From contig JBAYUH010000003.1 of the NCBI GenBank assembly GCA_041675185.1, positions 1 to 56,288 of the forward strand: DNA of 56,288 nt. Reading direction: 5' to 3'. The DNA comes from Candidatus Magasanikiibacteriota bacterium. Lineage in GTDB: Bacteria; Patescibacteriota; Patescibacteriia; Magasanikbacterales; UBA922. The translations under genes and the position numbers were made by a program. Positions 1 to 7,706 of the stretch are shown here, piece after piece; positions within the stretch are counted from its first letter, which is position 1, and each line of letters begins with the position of its first letter. A model generated the notes under the pieces. The model worked only from the letters and a program-made list of their open reading frames with translations. It was not told where the DNA came from and did no database searches.

Positions 1-14
1 TCAAAGAAAAGCCT

Positions 15-437
15 TTGCGTCGTATGATGATGATGCTCTATGTTTTCAATACTTATGCTTTTTTTATTGGGGCTTATGCTTTGCATATTTATTTTACAAA
101 TTTTTCCTTTGTTATCATAAGTGTGGTATCATCTATATATAGTGCTTTGGCTGCTTATATGATTTGGAGTTTGTATTTCAAATCAGAATTCAAGAAACTT
201 GTTGTTTGGTCTATTATTTTTGCAACTGTTGTTTTTGAGCTTATGTGGGTAATGACATATCTACCTTTTGGATATTTGGCTTTAGGACTTTTGACTGTTT
301 GGATTTGGTATTTGTTACAGCTTTTTGTTCGTTTTCATTTGGCCAAAGAAGATATAGTTTGGAAACAACAAATTGGTTTTGTATTAGTCAATTTAATTAT
401 GTATATTTTTGTACTTTATATTATTAGATGGGTATGA
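15..437 (+). CDS. hypothetical polytopic membrane protein (5' end may lie upstream of the window)
   Basis: 140-aa ORF with four hydrophobic helices. The frame stays open back to nt 3. TTG at 15 or ATG at 24 are possible starts. No family recognised. Confidence 0.45.
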   Translation: MRRMMMMLYVFNTYAFFIGAYALHIYFTNFSFVIISVVSSIYSALAAYMIWSLYFKSEFKKLVVWSIIFATVVFELMWVMTYLPFGYLALGLLTVWIWYLLQLFVRFHLAKEDIVWKQQIGFVLVNLIMYIFVLYIIRWV

Positions 438-1519
438 TAAAAAAACAATCACCACATTTGCCAGAAAAAACTTGTTCAGTTAGGGGATATCATTTTTGGC
501 AAAATATTCGTTTTACAGTGTATGTTGCTATAATTGCTTTATTGGCTGGAGTGACCGGTGCTTTGGTTGTTTCTGCTTGGCTTGAACCAGATTTTTATTC
601 TACCCAAAAAGTATTGTTCGTAAATAGAATTGCAGGTAATAACAATACTACAGATCAAATTTCTACTTGGAGTAAGACACCAAGTGTTTTGGCTGCCAAG
701 AGATTAGAATTTAGTACTATAGATATTTTTGACAAGAGTTTACAAGTTTCAAAAAATTTTTATCCCAAAGAAGCTTTTGTAGGTAGAGTTGCTATGCTTA
801 GTTCTAGTGGATGGGGAGTGATCTACAATCCAGAATTTACTCAAGCTAGATTGACAAATTGGTTAGCTTTGGATAGTCAGGGTCTAGAGTATAAAATAGA
901 AAATACAATTTTTGATTCTGAAAGAGGTATGCTTTATGTCAAATTTGTTGGTGATAATTTTCGAGTCATGTCTTTTCCTAATTGGAATAATTTTACCAAC
1001 GGTACCAAAGTGTGGGTATCAGATTACAATGTTTGGAAAGAAAGACAGCTTGGAGATACTATTGTGGTAGCAAAAAATCCATATATTATTACCGAACAAT
1101 ATAGTCGGTTACACTTAGAGCCAGAGACTACACCTGGAGATATAGTGATGACTGAAGATGGTCAGTTTGTGGGTTTTGTAGACAAAGATGGCATGTTACA
1201 GACTGCTTGGTTTGCGGATTTTCAATTACCAAGTTTGTTAGAAAAAGGCATGTTTATAAAAAATAACATTGACTGGGGTGGTTATTTTGTAGAGCGTCAT
1301 GGTACAAGTGATGTTGTTGGAGTGCCTGGTAGCGGTTTTTTGGTAGTCAATCCTGGCAAAGTCGTTTCAGATCTTAAGAAAGGTGATATAATATCTGCTA
1401 TAAATGGTAGTAAGGTTGATCCTCACAATCTTTGGAAGACAGTACTTACTAATACTGGAGATTTCAATTTGACTGTTTGGAGAAATGGCACTGAGATAGA
1501 TTTGAAAATAAAAAAATAG
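428..1519 (+). CDS. membrane-anchored PDZ-domain protein with a degenerate HtrA-like (trypsin-fold) core
   Basis: N-terminal TM helix (VYVAIIALLAGVTGALVVSAWL). C-terminal PDZ-like segment GFLVVNPGKVVSDLKKGDIISAINGSKV. Where S1C proteases carry GNSGGP, the sequence reads TTPGDIVM. No catalytic His/Ser motif was seen. Overlaps the upstream ORF by 10 nt. Confidence 0.6.
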   Translation: MGMIKKQSPHLPEKTCSVRGYHFWQNIRFTVYVAIIALLAGVTGALVVSAWLEPDFYSTQKVLFVNRIAGNNNTTDQISTWSKTPSVLAAKRLEFSTIDIFDKSLQVSKNFYPKEAFVGRVAMLSSSGWGVIYNPEFTQARLTNWLALDSQGLEYKIENTIFDSERGMLYVKFVGDNFRVMSFPNWNNFTNGTKVWVSDYNVWKERQLGDTIVVAKNPYIITEQYSRLHLEPETTPGDIVMTEDGQFVGFVDKDGMLQTAWFADFQLPSLLEKGMFIKNNIDWGGYFVERHGTSDVVGVPGSGFLVVNPGKVVSDLKKGDIISAINGSKVDPHNLWKTVLTNTGDFNLTVWRNGTEIDLKIKK

Positions 1520-1525
1520 TGAAAA

Positions 1526-1740
1526 TTCACCTAATTTCTAATTACTAATTTCTAACTTGTCCGCCTTGCCTAGCCCGCCTTTATATCCGCCTTGGGTGGA
1601 GGGGGGTGTGATAATTACAAATGACAAAATTCAAATTACAAATCAAAATACAAATGACAAAAAAGGTTTTTTCTTTGTAATTTGAAATTGATTCCACCCA
1701 AGGCGGATAAATTGACATTTGAGCTTTGAAATTTGATTTT
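1526..1740. repeat. intergenic word-hairpin containing a perfect 16-bp inverted repeat (1585-1600 / 1693-1708) and a copy of the CTTGTCCGCCTTGG dispersed repeat
   Basis: atccgccttgggtgga at 1585-1600 is the exact reverse complement of tccacccaaggcggat at 1693-1708. The inner arms are built from aattacaaat/tttgtaattt words. 1526-1567 is repeated at 55872-55906. Confidence 0.8.
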
Positions 1741-1812
1741 ATACACGAAAGTAATAAAATTTTTTTTAAAAAATAATTATTAATTTAATAAATAACTTAT
1801 TAGAACAATTCT

Positions 1813-2418
1813 ATGTTCAACACTCATAACCCATTAGAACATCTTCGTCGTCGTTTCAAATTAATTTTTTTGGTTGGTTTTTTAGTAGCTCTTTTGTCAG
1901 TTGGTCTTACTTTTATTTTTCCGTTAGAGTATAGGGCTGATGCTCAAGTATTGATTATTTCCAAATCCAATAATGGTATAGATCCTTATACTTTGGTTCG
2001 TTCAGCTGAACGTGTTGGTGACAATGTTATCCAAGTTATGAAGACTGATGATTTTTACCAAAAAGTCAAAGCTCAAAAAAATTATGATATAGATTGGACA
2101 TTTTTTGAAAACAAAGGTGAAAGAGAAAAGCGCAAATTATGGCAAAAAACTTTAGTACCATCGGTTGTATATGGTACAGGAGTTTTGAATATTTCTACTT
2201 TTAGTACCAATTCAGACAATGCTGTGAAGTTAGCAGCTGCGTCTGCTGATGCTCTGGTTAGTCAAGGTTGGCAATATGTTGGTGGTGATGTGACAATGAA
2301 AGTTGTCAATAATCCAATAGCAACCAGATGGCCAGTGCGACCAAACATTGCTTTGAATGCTTTGCTTGGATTTATAGTTGGTACATTGTTTATGGGTTTG
2401 TTGGTGGTGAGGAAATAA
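1813..2418 (+). CDS. Wzz/chain-length-determinant-like polysaccharide co-polymerase (short form)
   Basis: N-terminal TM (LIFLVGFLVALLSVGLTFIF) followed by PLEYRADAQVLI, which is typical of Wzz N-terminal domains. Second TM at the extreme C-terminus (ALLGFIVGTLFMGLLVV). Confidence 0.6.
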   Translation: MFNTHNPLEHLRRRFKLIFLVGFLVALLSVGLTFIFPLEYRADAQVLIISKSNNGIDPYTLVRSAERVGDNVIQVMKTDDFYQKVKAQKNYDIDWTFFENKGEREKRKLWQKTLVPSVVYGTGVLNISTFSTNSDNAVKLAAASADALVSQGWQYVGGDVTMKVVNNPIATRWPVRPNIALNALLGFIVGTLFMGLLVVRK

Positions 2419-2444
2419 TTTAATTTTTTATTACAAAAAATATT

Positions 2445-2759
2445 ATGGACAATAATGAAAAACAAAGTGTCATGGATCTTGGCAAAAAATTTGCTATTAT
2501 TTTGGCACAACTAAATATTACGGATGAAACTAGACAATCTATTTTAGATATAGTACCAACTTTGAACATGATTCAAATCAAAGAATTGGTAGATTTGTTT
2601 GAAAGTAAATATCTAGAAGCTTCTACTCAAGAGTTGGATGAGAGACTGAAGATTGATTTGGAAAAAATAAAAATGGAAATGAATCAAAAAAAATCAGAAA
2701 TAAATAAAAATACAATATCAGAATTAGATAATTTAGGAAAGGAAATTGATAATATTTAA
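2445..2759 (+). CDS. hypothetical coiled-coil protein
   Basis: 104-aa ORF, K/E-rich, heptad-like C-terminal half. Tightly linked to the two downstream ORFs. Confidence 0.45.
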   Translation: MDNNEKQSVMDLGKKFAIILAQLNITDETRQSILDIVPTLNMIQIKELVDLFESKYLEASTQELDERLKIDLEKIKMEMNQKKSEINKNTISELDNLGKEIDNI

Positions 2760-2764
2760 TTTTT

Positions 2765-2965
2765 ATGGTTAAAAAAAATAGTAAAAAACAACAAGAAATG
2801 AATCCTATCAAACAGCGGGAAATTTTGGCTTTGTTCAATAGAATAGAAATTATGTTTGATAAAATTTCTTCATCATTGAAGACTTTTGACAATGATACTC
2901 GTAGAGTTTTGAAAAAAGACGAAATAAAAAATATTTTAGAAAACATTCACAATATTAAAAATTAA
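2765..2965 (+). CDS. hypothetical small basic protein
   Basis: 66-aa ORF, 5 nt after the previous stop and 5 nt before the next start. Confidence 0.4.
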   Translation: MVKKNSKKQQEMNPIKQREILALFNRIEIMFDKISSSLKTFDNDTRRVLKKDEIKNILENIHNIKN

Positions 2966-2970
2966 AATAT

Positions 2971-5900
2971 ATGTCTGAAACAAAAAGAAATAATATAGAG
3001 ATGTTTATTCCAGCGATAGAAAAAGAAAATTTGTTGGAATCCTATGATAATTTTTCTGAAAAAGTTAAACAATTATTAGTCAAAAGTGAAAAAGTAACAA
3101 AATTTTGTTCTGCAGTTTTGGATTTATTACATAGTACACCAGATGATTTGAATGAAAAATTAAAAAATAAGACTGAACTTGTAGAAGATTTGAAAAAAAT
3201 AACTTTTGAATTGAATACTATTTTTTTAGTTTTGGCAGGTAAAGAAGAGAAGAAAATTAATTTTAGTGTGGTTGTTGATAGATTAAATTATTTTGAAAAT
3301 AAAGTTGATTCTATAATGGGTGTAGTTCAAAATCCAGATCAAGAATATATTTCTTTTGTGGAAGATGAAAACAAAAATTATGTTCATGATGATTTTGATA
3401 ATGATAATTGGATGGGGGGGAAGCAAGAGCAAAAACCTACAATTCAAGAAGAAAATGATGTAAATGATAATGTCAGTAAACAAGTTGAACAAGAAAATGA
3501 AGAAGAGACTGAAATTGAAGAAAAAAGTGATTTTGTTGAAATCATAAAAAATGAAAATGATAATGAACAAGAAGAACCAGAAAAAGATATACACAAAGAA
3601 ACTCCAAAAAAATTAGGTTTTTTTAAAAAATTATTTAGTAAAGAAGGTAGACAAGAAATCAAAAAAGATGTAAAAAGTTTTGGAAAAGGATTGTTGAAAG
3701 CTTTACCAAATATGGCTTATAAGACAGCTACCTCTGTTTTTGGGGTAAAATTAGTTACTGATTCTGTTGGTTTGATTGTAGATAAAGTTACCAAAGGAAA
3801 AAACGGTTGGGGAGATTATGCTAAAATGTCCAAAAATAAATATGAACGTAAAGAAATTGAACAGACTTTTCGAGAAGCTTTTGAAGAAATATTAGTCAAA
3901 AATACCAAAGAAACAAAATCAGAAACTGAAACAACTGAAGCCAAAAGACCAAAAGAAATACTAGAAAAAATAGCAAAATTAGATGCTAAGATTGATTCTT
4001 CTCAGGCTTCAAATGAAGATAAAGTAAAATTAAAAGAAAAATTACATGAAATATTAGAACAAGATAATTTTTCCAAAAAAGAAGTTTATGAAGGTGTCAA
4101 AGAAAAAATAGCTGAAATCATCAAGACTTATACAGATAACAAACTATCTTTGATTACTGTCTTAAAAGATGCTTTGAATACAGCTGGTGTTGCTACTGGT
4201 CTTTTTGCTTTGCGTGGAGTGGCTTATGCTGGGACATCTATGGCCGAAAGGATAAGATCCAATAGATCAGAAAATAAAAAGAAAGAATTGGAAGGTAAAG
4301 AAAATGAAAAAGAAAGTACTATGAAAGATTTGTTTCTCAATTCTACAATAGAAACTTTACGTGGTTTAGGTTTTCAAGGTATCAAAAAAGATAGAACAAC
4401 ATTACAAAAAGGTGTTGATTTTGCCAAATCAGTAGGCACTATTCTTCGTGGTTTAGGTATTTACGGTGTTGCTTTTGGAGATACAGATATCGCTGGAGCT
4501 TTTCATAGATTAAGTAGTAATTTGGAAGAACATGGTTTGGCTAGTACTGTTGGACGTAATTTTGTAGATAATATAGAAAGAGTTTTTCATATTTCTCATG
4601 GTGATGAATTTAGGAAAACTTTAGCAGAACAACAAAAAGAAGTAGGTATGTTTGCTCAAAATATGGGTTTGACTGCAGCGACTTCTGTACATGAACAATT
4701 ACATGTTGGACAGAATATTCCTATTGTGGAACCTCGTAATAATATTGCAGAAAATATAGAAGTAAATCATGAGCCACAAATTTTTAGTCTGACAGTTACC
4801 AAAGGTGGTAGTGCTTGGGGAACTTTAGATAAGACTTTGGATAGTGACAATACTCCACAAGAATTTAAAAATATGTTTGTAGGTGACAAACATGTTGATT
4901 TTTCACAGTGGCGTGAAAAACAACTTCTTGATATGGGTTATCAAAAAGTAAACGGCCATTGGGGTTCACCATTTACTATTCATGCTGGAGCTGAAATGAA
5001 AGTATACAAAGGTGAAGATGGAGATTGGCATGCTAGATTTGATAAAGAACTCAAAGCTGTACATGCTGATACACATAGAGAATATCGTACAATCAATGTT
5101 CACAAAACTTTGCATTTTCAAAATGAAAATAAACATGATATTGCTGATACTAACAAAAATGAAATTGCAAACACCTTGAAAAAAATAGCAAATACCAAAG
5201 ATGTGAATTTTGATGAAAAGACTGGTGAGATTAGTTTGGTTGAGCATCATAATACTTCTCCAAATTTGGAGGTCCATACTGACCATTCACATATTTTGTC
5301 AACTGATAATACAGATCATCATGTAAAAATAGAATCTGGTACTAATTTTGAAACTAGTATTATACCAGCTAAACCAAGTTTTTTTGATGAGAGTCAAGTA
5401 ATTCATAATCAAACACATAATGTAGATCATGCAAATAACATTGAACATAATACATTATCTAACGGTCAAGCCAAAAAAGTAGAGACTACGAATATAACAT
5501 CAGAATTGAAATCTATGCAATCTGGTGTAAAAGATACAAAATCTGGTTTGATTGACAATGTGAGTACACATAAAGTGGGTGAAATAACTGCCAAAAAATT
5601 TAATACTAAAATAGAAAATATAGGATATGGTTTTGACGATAGTCCAGCTTCTGAATATGATGAACGCGGTATTTCAAAAGTAATGTATGATGTTGTCAAA
5701 GAGCGTATTATTTCTTCTCCTGATACTTTGTCAGAAGAAGCTAAGAATTTGATTGATGATAATCTTATGGATCCTGTAGAAAAGACAAGAGAATTGTCAG
5801 CTATGTTTGTGAACGAAGGTACTTTAACAGATTTGAGTCTAGAAGAGAAATTATTTTTGGGTGGAGATGATGTTTTTAATAATTCTCATGAATTTACAAG

Positions 5901-6126
5901 TGTTGCAGTATATGATGGAGATGGTAAACTTACTTCCACTGCTTATTTACCTATTGGCCATGGTGGTTCTACAGCCAATCATTGTGTTGGTTTGAAAATG
6001 GCAGGTTCTGGTGAATATAGATTTGTCTCTAGCGAAGATTCTATTTTTGTCAAAGGTATGGACAAAAATGGCGATGCTATTTTGAATGAAATAAAGAAAA
6101 GTAATATTGAAAGTAACGTTTTATAA
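2971..6126 (+). CDS. large (1051 aa) hypothetical protein with coiled-coil/acidic N-terminal third, a central hydrophobic segment and a His/Asn-rich region
   Basis: Uninterrupted 3.1-kb ORF in AT-rich sequence. Acidic tract EQENEEETEIEE. Hydrophobic segment NTAGVATGLFALRGVAYAG. His-rich tract HTDHSHILSTDNTDHH. No catalytic motif recognised. Confidence 0.75.
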   Translation: MSETKRNNIEMFIPAIEKENLLESYDNFSEKVKQLLVKSEKVTKFCSAVLDLLHSTPDDLNEKLKNKTELVEDLKKITFELNTIFLVLAGKEEKKINFSVVVDRLNYFENKVDSIMGVVQNPDQEYISFVEDENKNYVHDDFDNDNWMGGKQEQKPTIQEENDVNDNVSKQVEQENEEETEIEEKSDFVEIIKNENDNEQEEPEKDIHKETPKKLGFFKKLFSKEGRQEIKKDVKSFGKGLLKALPNMAYKTATSVFGVKLVTDSVGLIVDKVTKGKNGWGDYAKMSKNKYERKEIEQTFREAFEEILVKNTKETKSETETTEAKRPKEILEKIAKLDAKIDSSQASNEDKVKLKEKLHEILEQDNFSKKEVYEGVKEKIAEIIKTYTDNKLSLITVLKDALNTAGVATGLFALRGVAYAGTSMAERIRSNRSENKKKELEGKENEKESTMKDLFLNSTIETLRGLGFQGIKKDRTTLQKGVDFAKSVGTILRGLGIYGVAFGDTDIAGAFHRLSSNLEEHGLASTVGRNFVDNIERVFHISHGDEFRKTLAEQQKEVGMFAQNMGLTAATSVHEQLHVGQNIPIVEPRNNIAENIEVNHEPQIFSLTVTKGGSAWGTLDKTLDSDNTPQEFKNMFVGDKHVDFSQWREKQLLDMGYQKVNGHWGSPFTIHAGAEMKVYKGEDGDWHARFDKELKAVHADTHREYRTINVHKTLHFQNENKHDIADTNKNEIANTLKKIANTKDVNFDEKTGEISLVEHHNTSPNLEVHTDHSHILSTDNTDHHVKIESGTNFETSIIPAKPSFFDESQVIHNQTHNVDHANNIEHNTLSNGQAKKVETTNITSELKSMQSGVKDTKSGLIDNVSTHKVGEITAKKFNTKIENIGYGFDDSPASEYDERGISKVMYDVVKERIISSPDTLSEEAKNLIDDNLMDPVEKTRELSAMFVNEGTLTDLSLEEKLFLGGDDVFNNSHEFTSVAVYDGDGKLTSTAYLPIGHGGSTANHCVGLKMAGSGEYRFVSSEDSIFVKGMDKNGDAILNEIKKSNIESNVL

Positions 6127-6148
6127 CTTTTTTATTGCTATTTAATTG

Positions 6149-6180
6149 AAAACAACCTAAGGAATGAGGTTGTTTTTGTT
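6149..6180 (+). terminator. rho-independent terminator after the 1051-aa gene
   Basis: aaaacaacct (6149-6158) pairs perfectly with aggttgtttt (6167-6176). The loop is 8 nt and a T-run follows. Confidence 0.7.
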
Positions 6181-6266
6181 GTTAGTTATATTTTTGTGGG
6201 TTAATACCCAATTTTATCATATTGGTGGTTCCAGTAGTTTAGAATCTTTCCTTCCTGTACATGCTA

Positions 6267-6295
6267 TTGACAAAATAGTCAAAATATGTTATATT
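6267..6295 (+). promoter_or_regulatory. sigma70-type promoter TTGACA-17 nt-TATATT
   Basis: ttgaca at 6267-6272, an exact 17-nt spacer, and tatatt at 6290-6295. It sits about 350 nt upstream of the ATG at 6644. Confidence 0.5.
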
Positions 6296-6301
6296 ATCCC
6301 G

Positions 6302-6643
6302 TTCTTTACTAAAGATTAATATATGGTTGTTTTGTGGGTTGAGATAGGGGATGAGAGATAGCTCTTGTTACTATCTCAGCTAACAAGCTGAAACTATTCT
6401 AGACTATGGCATATCTATGCTATAGACAGATAGATTCTTTACAATTTACCAGTGTGGCAAACACTAAAAATAAGCGATGTAGAGTGGGTTTCCCTACACG
6501 GTCAAGACTTAGTTATAATAAATATAGTTAGGTGTTGACCGTGTAGGAACCCCGCTGTGGGGTTTGAGACGACTGTCCGTCCTTCGGACGGCGATCATTC
6601 CTCACACGGGTGTTCGTGTTCTAAACTTTGGAGGTGTATTGTT
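6302..6643 (+). promoter_or_regulatory. long structured 5' leader (or independent ncRNA) upstream of the first island gene
   Basis: Overlapping alternative hairpins: gagatag/ctatctc (6355-6361/6371-6377) and cttgtta/taacaag (6364-6370/6381-6387). A 13-bp perfect stem at 6493-6505/6535-6547. GC hairpins at 6548-6564 and 6577-6591. The SD GGAGG lies at 6630-6634. Confidence 0.45.
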
Positions 6644-7267
6644 ATGAAAACCAGTATCAACAGTAATGTCATTATTCCTCAACAAGAAATCAAGTTGCCG
6701 ATGGCTTTGGTCATCGGCAATGACGACACCACAACGACGGCGCGTACCACCGTCAAAAATCATCAACGTGGCTGGTTCTTTGGTGTCCTTTGGACACTGG
6801 GAACACTCGTGGTTCTCACGATCATCGCTGCCCTCCTTTGGGGAGCATTGAGACCGCAGCCGGTTATCGTCGACTACTCGGGCGCTCTCGGGCGCATCGA
6901 GAGTAAGATCGAGGACGGCAGGATTGAGATTTCGACGGCGGCCAACTCCTCTGTAGAGGCGGCATTATTCTCTAAGAAGAATAATGACATTTTGATTCCT
7001 GTTGCCCATCGCGTAAATCGCGACGGCAAGATTCTTGACAGGGCCCTTGGCGTCACTTATGACGCGAATGGAGAAATTTCTTCCGTTCAGACGTTGGACG
7101 AGGTTCTGATGGCGGCCAACCGCGCGGCGACCGCCGCCGAGAAGCAACCGACCATCATCGTACGGCGCGTCGAAGCGGTCGACATGACCGAGACGAACTC
7201 GAGGCTCTCGGCCATTGAGAAGGCGTTGGCTCAGCCAACGACACCCACCCTCGAGCGGGTGGAGTAG
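6644..7267 (+). CDS. bitopic membrane protein, unknown function (island gene 1)
   Basis: ATG at 6644 lies 9 nt after GGAGG. The GTG-extended version from 6557 in the track would run through the leader hairpins. Single TM (WFFGVLWTLGTLVVLTIIAALLWGAL). GC-rich codon usage. Confidence 0.7.
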   Translation: MKTSINSNVIIPQQEIKLPMALVIGNDDTTTTARTTVKNHQRGWFFGVLWTLGTLVVLTIIAALLWGALRPQPVIVDYSGALGRIESKIEDGRIEISTAANSSVEAALFSKKNNDILIPVAHRVNRDGKILDRALGVTYDANGEISSVQTLDEVLMAANRAATAAEKQPTIIVRRVEAVDMTETNSRLSAIEKALAQPTTPTLERVE

Positions 7268-7484
7268 GTAGTAAGAGTGCCACACTGGTAAACCTGGAGG
7301 TCGTAGAAGGTCGAAGAAGCTTAATTGCTTTTTTGACTGGACACGACCTCTAGGAATCCAGTACATTACACTGATTACATAGATTGTAAGAGATTATATG
7401 GAATTAGACAAATATTAAAATTAGCTAGATAACAAATATTTCGTGTCATAAGACTTATGACGTGAGATATGTGCTATCCAGCAC

Positions 7485-7706
7485 AAAATGTTCATTACAA
7501 TTTACTAATTTTTTGAGACTAAATATAGACAGAAGAGTATTTTTCTTTTGGTTTTGGGAAAATCTAGTGTGGTAAGGGAAAGAGTAATAAAGGTTTTTAT
7601 AATTCTTTCCCTTATCGCACTTAGCCGCCCCGCTCGGGGCAAATGACCCGCGTGGCGGGACGGTAAGGTTTTTTCAACTTCAGATCAAGAGAGAGGAGGT
7701 GTATAT
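7485..7706 (+). promoter_or_regulatory. structured 5' leader of island gene 2, paralogous to 6431-6643
   Basis: Shares the following with leader 1: ttacaatttac, agtgtggYaa, a long stem with an AT-rich loop (18 bp, 7566-7583/7604-7621), the ccccgctNgggg hairpin (7627-7640), a second GC hairpin (7647-7659), and GGAGGTGTAT before the ATG. Confidence 0.5.

Noticed and set aside
6493-6547. Possible integron attC site (imperfect hairpin containing GTTAGGT, matching GTTRRRY, at 6527-6533).
   Set aside because: The GTTRRRY match lies in the loop rather than at the base of the stem. No complementary RYYYAAC partner, no extrahelical-base pattern, and no intI or attI were found in the window. The cassette idea is kept only as a loose analogy.
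6557-6643. GTG-extended start of island gene 1 (MGFETTVRPSDGDHSSHGCSCSKLWRCIV...).
   Set aside because: The extension runs through the GC hairpins of the leader and has no RBS. The ATG at 6644 is preceded by GGAGG at ideal spacing, and the same GGAGGTGTAT context precedes gene 2.
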